NCBI RefSeq assembly: GCF_964355755.1
Contig: NC_092673.1
Span: 23,929,648 to 23,993,647, forward strand
Direction of reading: 5' to 3'
Source: Antedon mediterranea
Taxonomy: Eukaryota; Animalia; Echinodermata
Length of the DNA: 64,000 nt
Shown piece by piece: positions 1 to 11,834 of the stretch (its first letter is position 1; the number at the start of each line of letters is the position of its first letter). The position numbers were made by a program, and so were the translations under genes. The notes beneath the pieces are model-generated. The model did no database searches, was not told the origin of the DNA, and was given only the letters and a program-made list of their open reading frames with translations.

Positions 1-1842
1 AGGTTGCAAGTCAATTTCATTTAGAACACAATTTGCCATCAAAGTCAAAGAACATTTAATAACCTTATATGATGCTTAGTTTTTTTTCTATTTTTTCTAT
101 TTAAAAAACAAAAAAAAATGTATATAATACTCTTCTATTACTTATTTCATATTCATATTGATAATGCCAGTGAGTTATTAATTTTCATTTATGTAATTAA
201 TTTTCTTCAGATTTTTCTTTCTCAGAAATGATATACGTTCTAGTTTAAGTTTTATTTATTTTAAAAGGCCAAAACTCGATAAGCGAAAGGTTTTTTTTTT
301 TGGTCTTTTGTCTTTAGTTTTGATTTTATGTATGTGAAAAAGAACAAACAAGAAAGAAAGACAATAAAGATTATTATAAAGTAATGTTATAGTTTGCAGT
401 ATAACGTCATTGCCTAAGTAAATATCTGAGAGAAAAAGTTTACATAACTTAAGATCAGTCTAATTTCGATCGCTGGTAACGTAATACAACCTATTTGAAA
501 ATAAAAATTCACATTCTTGTGTTACCTAATTTTACTTCATCAGAAGTAAGAATACACACAAACGGTACTAAACAACACGCCTACTGTGCGTGTAATTGTT
601 TTGACAATGACAACAACTACGTTTGCATTGCAGTATTGTTGTCCAGTAATTTCTATATATAGTATGATAGAATTGAAACTTACAGAGTAAGTCATCGTAC
701 TGTTAAAAATGCCATTCATTAATTCATTTGCCTTTCTTTCAAAGGCTTACACATAATATTTGCCGAACTACAGAATAAATATCTACATATGTTAAACTCA
801 TTTTTTTCAAAAATGGACACAAGCCCTTTTGCATATCAGCTTTTCATATAAATAAATAAAATATATCATTACAATCTTACAAGAGTGTAGATATTTAACC
901 ACAATAATATATATGCCATTTATTTATTTCCATAATACATTTAGTAAACATAATATTGAATTTATTAGTGTATATAAATATTTAATTTATTTTATTACCA
1001 TAGCTCTCATTAAACTTGTATTTACCCAATTTTACCTGTTTTTATGCATTATGATACTATACTGTACAGTAATTACCATGCTTTACTCATTTTTCATTGT
1101 ATTGTTAATGTTGCATTTGTATTTTATCATCTTGGTGTGTCATATACTGTCTATATTTTACCCCCTTTTTATGATATTTATCATGTGATTGTGTTATATT
1201 ATGCAATTTTGTGTTTGCAGTCCATGACAAGCAAGACACATCTCCACGAGTCAGTGTATTCTTTTATTACAATTCTCCGTTTTATATGTATATATATATA
1301 TTTACATTTGTGTCAATTAAACATTTGTAATCATATTTTTTCCTTTCGATTGTATTTTACACAAATATTCTTACAGTAGTTAAAAAATACATGCATGCAT
1401 ATTTACATAATGAGATGAATGATTTCAATATAAAACCATAGTTCCTTGCATTTACATTTTTAAGAAGATGTTAATTAACATATATAAATAAAACATGAAA
1501 ATAAAAGACGATGAACAGTGATTAAAATCGTACTTATATAAAAATCGCTATCTGGTTTGTGTTCGGGTAGAGAGGCTAAAAACTCAGAAAGGATTATAAA
1601 ATATCTTCCGTTTTTACCAAGACAAAATGGATGAGATGATAAAAGAAGAATGCAAAAATTCGAAAATTCGGATGATAGCTTGGAATGATATATTTAATGA
1701 AAACCGTAAGAGTTCATACACTGTGCTAGTCCAATGTGTATGCGTCATAGCCGATGTCATCTTATTATAATACTACATCATATATGTATTCCTCGGATTT
1801 TACCTCCTGAAGAAAAAAAACATTTTCGACTTCAATGTTTGT

Positions 1843-1970
1843 TTTTTTAGACAAGAATGGGTGTATTCTTATTAGTCGACTCTACAGCTCACTATGTCGG
1901 TCGGTTGGTCGGTCGGTCGGTAAACACTCAAATTTGCGCACGCGACTGCAGCCATTTATATGGCCTTGTT
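1843..1970 (-). mobile_element. Short Helentron/DINE-1-like non-autonomous element
   Basis: Inverted, shortened relative of 57540-58285: GGCCTTGTT end, CACGCGAC, (GGTC)n microsatellite. Confidence 0.55.
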
Positions 1971-2789
1971 TCTTGTAGCACAGCTATGTTGGGGGTTTAA
2001 TGTATGGATTCATCGAATGATGAGTTTTGTAATTTTCCTTTATGATAATAAAACATATGTGTTATATACATTAATATATATAAAGAATTAAGAGAGACGT
2101 TATGAGTATGACATTAACTTTTCTAAAATACAAAAATTCATAATTTAAAATGTTATATTAGTCCACCGTGCCAATTTGAGGTTGACATATTTATACGTGA
2201 ACTGAATTGAATTTACTTTTTCTTATCTACTTTTGGTGACGCGAAAAAACGGCACAACCAATCAGAATTTGATTCGGCCGAATATTTTTTCGTGGAAAAG
2301 AGGTTTTAACAAGGACAAAGCTCGGATTCGACTTCCGATTACTGTGGTTTGTTTCACTCTCACAAATCAATGTTAGTTTACGTTTATAGAGTATTGTTAT
2401 TATTGTCTCTTTTTATGTTATTTAAAAGTGCAACAGTTACTGAAATAGTGTATTAGTAATTTGTCCTTTTCTGTAATCAATAAACACTAGATTGAAAAAA
2501 ACTTCGATTTAGAATTACACTCATCTATAAACAGCGCACTCACACAACATAGAACGTTTAATTTATTTTTAGCAACAATTACCAATTATCGGTAATTATT
2601 TATTCATTCCACTTAAAGTAGGCCTATAGTCGGGCGCCTATCATTGTGTATACTGGTAGCAGGCTGTTGGTTATTAGGCCTGAATAATGTGACTTTGTAC
2701 GTCTCGGTTGCTAACCCAAACTATGAATGCGAATTAGCACCAGTTGGTTCGGTGCCTTACGGGATTCGGGGTTCTACCCAATTAAGTAA

Positions 2790-4020
2790 AGGAGTTGATA
2801 ATACCAATGGTGACGGAGCTGATAATAACAATATTGAAGAAGATGAAGGTGCTGATAATACCAATGGTGATCTGAGGATGCGATGGTGCTGGTAATACCA
2901 ATGGTGAAGATGACGAAGGTGCTGATGATACTAATGATGAGGCTGGCGAAGGTGCTGATAATACCAATGGTGAAGATGACGAAGGTGCTGATGATACTAA
3001 TGGTGAGGATGGCGATGGTGCTGATAATACCAATGGTGAAGGTGGTGAATGTGCTGATAATACCAATGGTGAAGGTGGTGAAGGTGCTGATAATACCAAT
3101 GGTGAATATGGTGAAGGTGCTGATAATACCAATGGTGAGGATGGCGAAGGTGCTGGTAATACCAATGGTGAAGGTGGTGAAGGTGCTGATAATACCAATG
3201 GTGAAGGTGGTGAAGGTGCTGATAATACCAATGGTGAATATGGTGAAGGTGCTGATAATACCAATGGTGAGGATGGCGAAGGTGCTGGTAATACCAATGG
3301 TGAAGGTGGTGAAGGTGCTGATAATACCAATGGTGAAGGTGGTGAAGGTGCTGATAATACCAATTGTGAGGATGGCGAAGGTGCTGGTAATACCAATGGT
3401 GAAGGTGGTGAAGGTGCTGATAATACCAATGGTGAAGGTGGTGAAGGTGCTGATAATACCAATGGTGAGGATGGCAAAGGTGCTGATAATACCAATGGTG
3501 AGGATGGCAAAGGTGCTGATAATACCAATGGTGAAGATGGCGACGGTGCTGATAATACCAATGGCGAGGATTGTTTGTTTGTTTGTTTTATTAGTTTCTC
3601 CACACATTTTAAAATAAAAGATAAAAATTACAAATTACAAAATAAGATAGACTCATAACTTAAAAAATTACAATAAACATAAAAACATCAAAAATGTGCA
3701 GATGGAGGTCAAAATAAGTTGCGGACAACTTTAAGTCATGACCATCAGTTAAAAAGGGTTTAAAAATAAGGATAACAAAGATGGCGAAGGTGCTGATGAT
3801 ACCAATGGTGAGGCTGACGAAGGTGATGATAATGCCAATGGTGAGGATGGCGAAAATGCTGATAATACCAATGCTGATGATGGTTAAGGTGCTGATGATA
3901 CCAATGGTAAGGATGACGAAAATGCTGATAATACCAATGCTGATGATGGTTAAGGTGCTGATGATAACAATGGTGAAGATGACGAAGGTGCTGGTAATAT
4001 CAGCTGGGAGGATGGCGATA
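2790..4020. repeat. 33-bp GA-rich minisatellite (GGTGCTGATAATACCAATGGTGAAGGTGGTGAA)n, interrupted by a ~210-bp insert
   Basis: 11-aa periodicity in all ORFs at 2774-3617 and 3781-4089; the array pauses at ~3570 and resumes at ~3779. Confidence 0.9.
3571..3779 (-). mobile_element. Truncated retroposon 3' end (LINE-like tail) inserted in the minisatellite
   Basis: Minus strand ends AATAAA(ACAA)n; internal GATGGAGGTCAAAATAAGTTGCGGACAACTTTAAGTCATGACC resembles GATGGAAGTCACAGTAAGTTCACTGAACTTTAAGTCGTGACTCC at ~36460-36505, which also has a microsatellite tail. Confidence 0.55.
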
Positions 4021-4064
4021 CATTACTTATATCATGGTGACGGTGTGGATACTGTAAGTATAGT

Positions 4065-4400
4065 AATGCCGATTTATCACGAACGATGATAGTAGAACAT
4101 CCAGTTACCGTTATGCTAAATGAAATCAACCCCAAACCACTCCAGCATAGGCGACAAGTCAATAGACTTGTGATGCTGCACAACATTGTCCATCAAAAGA
4201 TTGACCTGAAGCTTGAAGATTACATCCATGATGCTAGCTAATTTGTGGACTATGATATATTTTAGTATTACTTGTTTGGACTGTGTTATACTATGTTTTT
4301 TATATATATATTTATTATTATATTTATGTCAACTTCAACACTGTTTACTTGATGCAATAAAGGAAATAAATAAATAAATAAAAATAATGATGATGATGAT
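4065..4400 (+). mobile_element. LINE (CR1/L2/Jockey-type) ORF2 C-terminal fragment with A-rich tail
   Basis: Frameshifted translation CRFITNDDSRTS/VTVMLNEINPKPLQHRRQVNRLVMLHNIVH matches the typical post-RT motif ARF...YSR.SSVT.ML..L....L..RR...RL; (AAAT)n tail at ~4365-4385. Confidence 0.65.
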
Positions 4401-5475
4401 TTGGATAAATTAGAGAGTACACATAATTAACTAGAAATTAATTCGCCGTCAGTACTCCATGTTTAATCAGAATATTAAATAGTCAAATCGGATGTTTCGT
4501 TTTGTATTTTGAATTATTTAATCTAAAAAAAGGTTACTGTGTCTATGCCATTGTGTTACAGTGATTGTTGGTTATACTCTAAGCCGGAAGAGCATAAAGG
4601 AAAATGAATAAATAAGGTTTTTTTAATCATTGATGGATATAGGTGTGCGTAAAATGGTCAATGAGAGCGTAGGTTAACATTTTTTACTCGGAACCAACCA
4701 GCCAATCAAACAAATTAAAAGAATATTTTTATGTTATTCTCTTTAGTTGAACAAGCTCTTATTTTGTGCTGAAGCCAAAAGCGAGTAAAACCACTAAATG
4801 TCAAAGTAAAAGTCTTAATTATGTGAGAAAAAGGGAGCATTAAAGAAATTGTAACTACATGGAAATTGGCATTTCTATGTAGATCAACGGTTTCAAGATG
4901 TTTTATTCATAACCTCTCGTTATCCGCATCTGTCTTGCGCGCAAACGAATTAGGATTATAACAAATGCTAAATAGGCAATGTTATAGAGTAAACGCTTGT
5001 TTCACCTAATATATCTCATCATTACGTTAATAACGTATTCCCATATATTTATGTCATTATGGTTATAGCACACTTCCGTAACCGCGTGGTTCGGACAACT
5101 GGGGTGTCTTAGAAACTACGTGACGGATTGAAATAATAATTATCATCCATTGTTTTGTTTCTCATGCTATCAAGTTGTTTGAAGTTCATGTCGTTCGTAC
5201 CTATGTGGGATGTGATCGCCGCAGTTTGTAGATAAATAAAGACGCACTTGGATTCTCTAACAAACATGTGCGTACACACCAGGCCTCCCATCGTACCGTT
5301 TTAATAGCGTACACTCATCGTTACGTTATTGATAACGTACACTTTTCGTTACGTTAATTGTTGTCGACGGGTCATTTACTGAACATTCATTTCAAGATAA
5401 TTACACCACAAACAATCTCGTTATGTTATTGCATACGTATATCATCGTTACATTATTGATTACGTGCATTCATCG

Positions 5476-5797
5476 TTACGCAATTGATAACGTACACTCA
5501 TCGCCGCCATAATGTTTGAGAAAGACTGGGAATTCACAACATGTACGTTACGCAAAGAGATATTTCCGGTAAATTAAATGTCGTTTGGGGGCGAATTGCT
5601 AATTATATCAAAAGGTTTTTACATATATTTTTAATTAAAAAGGCTGGTTATGCTATCAGAGGGTGTAACGGATATACTTTAATATTTAATACTTACGTTA
5701 AATAGGTTTTTAATATTTATATATTTTACATTGAGTATTCAAACTGTCTTTATAACATTTTAATTTCCTATGTGACGTCATGACGTGTCTTATAAAT
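5476..5797 (+). promoter_or_regulatory. Proximal promoter of the secreted-protein gene (C/EBP, kB-like, STAT/GAS-like, CRE, TATA)
   Basis: TTACGCAA at 5476-5483 and 5548-5555, GGGAATTCAC 5528-5537, TTCCGGTAA 5564-5572, perfect TGACGTCA 5773-5780 plus adjacent TGACGT, and TATAAAT 5791-5797, about 140 nt upstream of the ATG. Confidence 0.6.
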
Positions 5798-5930
5798 GAT
5801 ACGCACACTTTGATGAGCCAGTATTTTATAGATTCTGGAGTAAGTAGCAGAAATATATTAACTTGTTTTTTGACGTGAGAATCTGCGATTGTCTTCAAAC
5901 AGTACTGTTCGGTGGATAATAATACATGAA

Positions 5931-8900
5931 ATGTTGAAGCGAGAGTTTTTATGCGTAATTGTAATTTTAGGGTTAGCTGCAGTACAGTTGGTTGAAGGAG
6001 TGCCAGCTTTCTACCGGAGAATAATTTCTGGACAGTTTAAGAGAACTCCGGAGGTGCACGATAAATTATTTCATCTGGAAAGAGTACTCAACCAAACAGA
6101 ACTACGACTTAGAGGCTTAGGCTTAACAAAAGTTACTATGGTAAGAAACAATTTAGTTTTCAATGTTATTTTTTTGAATATTTATATTAGAATCTGTTAT
6201 TTATTTATTACAGTTCTCTTCTCTTCTCGCTGATAACAAAACATGTTATGATAGTATAAATGGATATGATATTTACTGCTTGTTTTATATTTACATCCCA
6301 GGATTTCTCCTAGTTTAAGGGTTTTGTTGTTCTGTTGGAAAAAAAAAGTGTTATATCTTAATTATCGTCACAGTGCAATATAACCTGGCATTTAACCTGA
6401 TACTTCTTGATTAAGAAGATTATTAAATTCATATGAGAATTCATAAAAGAAAATGATCCAACTATTAAACTGCCTACTTCTGTACCAATACATACATGTC
6501 GTTATACCTATTTTACAGCATTGCGACCTAACAACCTCCGATAGCATATCAATTATCATATCATCATATCATAAACAAAATGTATTTCCAAAAATGGTGG
6601 CATGTCTCAGAAAGCAATGTGCTGTTGTCAAGGAATAAATAGACAAAGTGAAAAACATTATAAATTATATCAAAATAATTATATCAAAAAAACGCCAAAG
6701 CGGTAAATTTCAATTGCAGTATAAATCATATTACATTTCTATTGATAATGGTAAGTGTGTTAACAAAAACATGACCACTAATTATTATTTTGCAATCTTT
6801 TTTAAACTAGCCGAATGTGTAGGGGAAAACTTACATATTACTTGCTGTATAAGCTAACAGAGAGTATTATTCTTTTTAGCCTCGGGAAACCCAGACAAAA
6901 ATATCAGATCTATTAAATATTGTACCAGAGAAAGATGTCGAGTCGTGGGTAACTGTCCATGAGACCATAGCACAGGTAAAGTATATTATTGCTCGATGAA
7001 TTAATTTACGACTTGATTGCACAATCATACCACTGGTAGTTATGTAAAAAGAAACTTCATCCGAAAAAAAAACACGTTTACGGAGACGTGTTATTCAATT
7101 GTAGAATTCTCTTTTTGCGTGTGGTGCTTTGTCAGCAGTCTATACATTCGTTTAAAAGTGGGAACTTTTTAAAAAGTACAAACAATATAATACTTGGTAA
7201 CATGCTTACAAGTATAATGCATAAAGGTTGGTTTGGAAGATAGCGTCATGTTCATGTATTCTTTTTAAATAAAAATATCAAATGAAAGCACTCAGAAAGT
7301 GAGTGAAGTAGGCCTACTTGGCAAAATATTGCCACAGAGGGCGCATGTTGATATTTCGGCCCATAAGAAAACCAATTTTTCTATTTAAAAAAAAAATGTT
7401 ATTAGACATGTTTTTTAAGTATATACCTATTTACATAGACATATTTGAAATGATAACTTGTAGGCGATATCGTGCAAACAAACAAACAAAGCAAGTAGGC
7501 TACTATGCTTAGCACAATTCTGTTTTGCCAAGTATTAAATAAGTATACCGTATACCAACAGACCATTTCCATTAAATTTTTAAAAAATCGATATATTTTT
7601 GCCCAATTTTTTTTTACAAATCTGTATATTATATTCATTCGTATCATAGAAACATTACGAACGACTTGCTACGTTTAAGCACATTTTGGACAGCTTTAAC
7701 GAGACTACGTCCAACGAAGTCAGTCGAATAGAAGAAGTATTGCATGAAATAAATACGACATACCAGGTAAGTTTAACATATTATTATTAATTCATATTTT
7801 TATCATTACACACCTCAGTGTATCGTTGCCATTTTCACCATTGGTCTTTCCTCGATCAACGTTCTGGTGGTTAAACACATGTTCTCGGATAAAAACTTAA
7901 AACTGGTGGTTGAGTGTACAAATAATGAATCGTGTCCAGTGCAATTTTCAAAAGGTAGTAGGTTCCATCTCATGTCATACCCTGTCGTTGAGGATTGATA
8001 ATTGTTTGGTGGTAGCTTACTACACGAAGGAAGCTTATGGGAGATGAAAGCTCACTGTATTACTGTAAAAATCGCATTATGAAAACTGTTTTGAAAGTTC
8101 AGCTTTTTGTGATAAAAAAGTAAAACACATGACTGTTAGACATATTATAACCAAATTCACCGTCAAAATAATAGCGCGGACTTTTCAAATACCGTAGCCC
8201 ACATATTCAAAACGGAACACACTACAGTGTGTTATAAAATGAAAACAAATAAATGTTCTTATACAAAATCATCATATCATCCGTTACGCTATTCGTCTTG
8301 GGTAGACAAAATATTTAACAATTTTATATTAATGTACTTATATATAAATTATGGTTAATTCTGACGTAGGCAAGCACAATGGAAAAACTTCGGTATAAAT
8401 CTCCGCCTTGGATACCTACCTTATCTATCTTAGATGTACCGAGAAACGTAGATTTGATAACATTAGTTTTCAGTACTACGCTATTGTTCCATATTTCTAT
8501 CTTAGGAAGATATTATAAATGGTTTTATAACAACATTTTTGATTTCATCAGTATATTTTCACTTCAATTTCAATTGTACGCGGGTGGAAGTAATTTCCGG
8601 GTTCACGACAACTTCACACGTTCACCTTGCAACTTCCTGGTTTCAACTAAGTTGGCCGTTCATTTTAGTTTTTTGTCTATTTTCGGATCGGACCGCGAGA
8701 ACCATCGTCTACGCTTCCTAGAGGGGGAGCGAGAGAAGCGAGCTCACCCTCTAGTACCAATAATTACCAATATTACAACTGCTGTTTTCAGCTTAATTAG
8801 TAAATTATTCTTAGCCAATTAGACCTACCCTTTTTTTTTCTAAAAAGACCGTTTATGGTTGTCAAAATAATAATTTGGACATTGAAATATATGTAAAAAT

Positions 8901-9260
8901 GATTCAACTGAATTTATCTTACCTAGTTTGTATTAAAACAAAAGTAACGAACCGTATTTTACGAGACCCCGTCTTAATCTACATGCAATTTTTCCCTTCT
9001 GGTGGGTAAACTCCTTCAATGTTATTTATTACGTAGGCCTATATATTGTTGTTGAAAAAACACCATAACATAATTATGTTCTTTTCATTTTTCAGAATTT
9101 AACTCTTCCGGAAAAAGTTAAATTGAATCTCACAGGATTGAATGAAACCGAGAAGAATCATGCTTTGCATAGCATAATTGGTGATTTTAATGTGTATGTA
9201 CAGTCATTGAGACGTGTGTTATTCAAAGACTTAAACCAAAAGAGGCGTAAATTATCTTAA
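5931..9260 (+). CDS. Uncharacterised secreted 195-aa glycoprotein, candidate long-chain four-helix-bundle (IL-6/IL-11/CNTF-like) cytokine; 4 coding exons
   Basis: Exons 5931-6140, 6880-6975, 7650-7766, 9096-9260 (210+96+117+165 nt), all GT-AG and all phase 0, open through to TAA at 9258-9260. Protein: MLKREFLCVIVILGLAAVQLVEG-VPAFYRRIISGQFKRTPEVHDKLFHLERVLNQTELRLRGLGLTKVTM|PRETQTKISDLLNIVPEKDVESWVTVHETIAQ|KHYERLATFKHILDSFNETTSNEVSRIEEVLHEINTTYQ|NLTLPEKVKLNLTGLNETEKNHALHSIIGDFNVYVQSLRRVLFKDLNQKRRKLS. Signal peptide, 6 N-x-T sequons, no Cys in the mature chain. The gene model is well supported; the cytokine assignment is inference. Confidence 0.8.
7858..8060 (+). mobile_element. Degenerate SINE copy in intron 3 of the secreted-protein gene
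   Basis: GTTCTGGTGGT..TTCTCGGATAA..GTGTACA similarity to the SINE body. Confidence 0.5.
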
Positions 9261-9982
9261 CTATTAATTATTTTCTAAAAAACCGAAAACGTTATTTAAG
9301 GCAAAGCAAATTCGTACTATTTTATCGAGAGAAAAAAAAAAACTAATTTCAAATTATTTGTATTTTATATTTATTATTTGTTCGATAATACATATTTATA
9401 GTAGGCCTAATTAAGTGTTGGTAGTAAAATACAAGACTATATAAAAGTTTATAGGCCTACCACAATTAAAAAAAGACACTCTTTAAGTGTGGTCAAAATT
9501 GTAAGATGTACCTATGTTTATTGTAAACTGGTAAAAATGTCACTCGTTGTATGGAGTGAAACTTTTTTCACTCTATAAAGCGCGTTTACACTCTAATGAA
9601 ATGATGTAAACGGTTATTGTAAACGAGTCATAATTTCACTCGTTGTTTGGAGTGAATATTGCCTGAAACGATGTGAATTTTCACTCTTTTACAGAGAGTA
9701 CAACATATTATTCAAATTCTTTCTATCCGAATAGGCATACCAGTTTAAATTAAACCTTTCCAACAACATTAGTATTAGGGCCAATAACCCAATACTATTG
9801 GGGTATTATTAATGCTGTTGGAAAATGATTTTGCAAAGTATTGTGAAGCAGAACGAGCGCCGTGGAATACGGTAAGCCTTTAAAAAAAGTAGTGCTACAG
9901 TACGACAGACGTTTTCATTTTGATTAAGATAGGAATTTTACTGAATTCCAATGCCTTACAATCGCTAACCGTGTACACGTTA

Positions 9983-10118
9983 AGCTCTGTCTACACTATC
10001 AATCTACATGGCCAGAAAAATGTGATACGCCCATACACGATGATGTCATGTCACTGCCATATTTGGGCACATTACACTTTTTTTTTTGTCAAACTAGTTT
10101 GATAGTGTAGACAGAGCT
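9983..10118. mobile_element. MITE family A (PIF/Harbinger-like)
   Basis: TIR AGCTCTGTCTACACTATCAA...TTGATAGTGTAGACAGAGCT, TTA target duplication. Confidence 0.8.
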
Positions 10119-11289
10119 TTATATGTTTTGTTAATCAACATCGTTAGTGAGTACATCATCATTGACTGGTTTTCCATTTTCATTAAAAACAATTTTTGTT
10201 TTCTTTTCATTTATTAACTTACTAAATTAAATTATAATACTAAAAACAGAATCTGTAGCACCACTTATGGGACGTATCACACTGCTCGTTCTGTTTCACC
10301 ACGTGCTGTCGATAAACAATAAAGCCTGGAACGAGCCTTTAATGTTACACGTTCAATTTCCAAAAGAGAGTATAGTGAAAATCCGTAATGTAGTACTGAT
10401 GGTCCGTCGTGTGCAATATTGGTCAAATAACTACCGTACATTCCGTGCAATTTAATCCATTTAGAAAATCATTTTCCATGCATTATTTTTGCCTGCAATT
10501 GGCCTAACAGGTCCTTTTTATTCTGTATTCACTTTATACCATGGTTATGTTGGTGCAATGATTTATAAAAAAATTATACACTATTTTTCCAATAGTGCCT
10601 TCGAAAGTAACATTGTATTGAAATTGTATACGTAAGTTTTGTGTAGAATTATATATTTTACACTATTTATTCAAAATTACTGAAAACGCTCTAACTACTC
10701 GTGTAAAATGTTCAATCATGTAAAATTAAAGAAAGGGATAGAGCGATAACGTGTGGGTGGTAGGGTGTTTGGGATGCCAATATTTTTTTGTTCTGAAGAA
10801 TATTATGTCAGGATATTATGGCTTTATTTCTATTGTATTTATATCAATTTGCGTTGTGTAGATTTATTGGACAATTTATTTATTTATATTTATAGTAAAA
10901 ACTATATTCTTACTCAGGCAGTATTATATTTTACACTTATCTGAATTAAAAATGCATTCAATTTAATTTACAGTCTGTTTTGTAATTTACTTTGACTTTT
11001 GTTTCGACTTCAAATGACCTGCTGTATTGTTTCTTTGCGAACGCGAATTAAAACATTTAAAATAAACGTACAAAGCATCAAAGAAACACATGTCAGAGAG
11101 TTGAATATTTTTATTGTGGGGGTTGGGTGGTTGTGTGGGGAGGGGGGGGGGGCGGATTGGTGTTTAGAAGAGGGAGTGTGTTTTTGGTGCTATAGTGTTA
11201 AAAAAAGATGACCAACCATAACTCTGTCTGATGTAATCAACTTTCTGAATGGTCTTGATAGTCGGCCTATATTTATCATCACTGCATTA

Positions 11290-11374
11290 AGCTCTGTCTA
11301 CACTATCTACTTTGACAAAAAAGTGTGAAGTGACATTTTTCTGTCACATAAAGTTTGATAGTGTAGACAGAGCT
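11290..11374. mobile_element. MITE family A, short copy
   Basis: Same TIRs, internal deletion. Confidence 0.75.
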
Positions 11375-11676
11375 TTTTGTGTTTTTTTTTTGTGTTGATA
11401 CCGAGATAACCTAAGATCAACCGTGGATTTGCGCGTACACTCAAACTTTCCCCCACTCATAACTAAAACAGTTTACCTTACAAATAACGCAGTTTTTCTA
11501 TGCTACGTGAATAATAATAATACTCGCCGTTGGCTAGATCCGATATGATTGCCGAACCGAGACATCGTCGGTGTTATTGATGATTAAACGACCAAGTAGG
11601 CTACGATAAGAATAATGAATAAATCGGCGCTCGTATCATTTTCTTCTTAGCTTTCATATTAGCTATACGTTTGTTG

Positions 11677-11834
11677 AGCTCTGTCTACAATATCAAACTA
11701 GTTTGATAAAAAAAAAGTGTGATGTGCCCAAATATAGTAGTGATATGACGAAATATGGTAGTGGTATGACATCATTATATGTATATAGCACATCACATTT
11801 TTGTCACATGAGGTTTGATAGTGTAGACGAGTCT
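11677..11834. mobile_element. MITE family A
   Basis: Same TIRs and GTGATGTGCCCAAATAT core. Confidence 0.75.

Noticed and set aside
913-1379. Hydrophobic 91/111-aa ORFs
   Set aside because: Composition (F, I, Y, L) reflects AT-rich non-coding DNA; no recognisable domain.
2774-3617. 244-277 aa ORFs (Pro/Ser-rich, Ile/Thr-rich, Val/Met-rich)
   Set aside because: Open in several frames on both strands only because the 33-bp unit lacks stops; no splice or start context.
8379-8822. 147-aa ORF inside intron 3 of the secreted-protein gene
   Set aside because: No domain-like features, and it is not needed for the frame-consistent 4-exon model.
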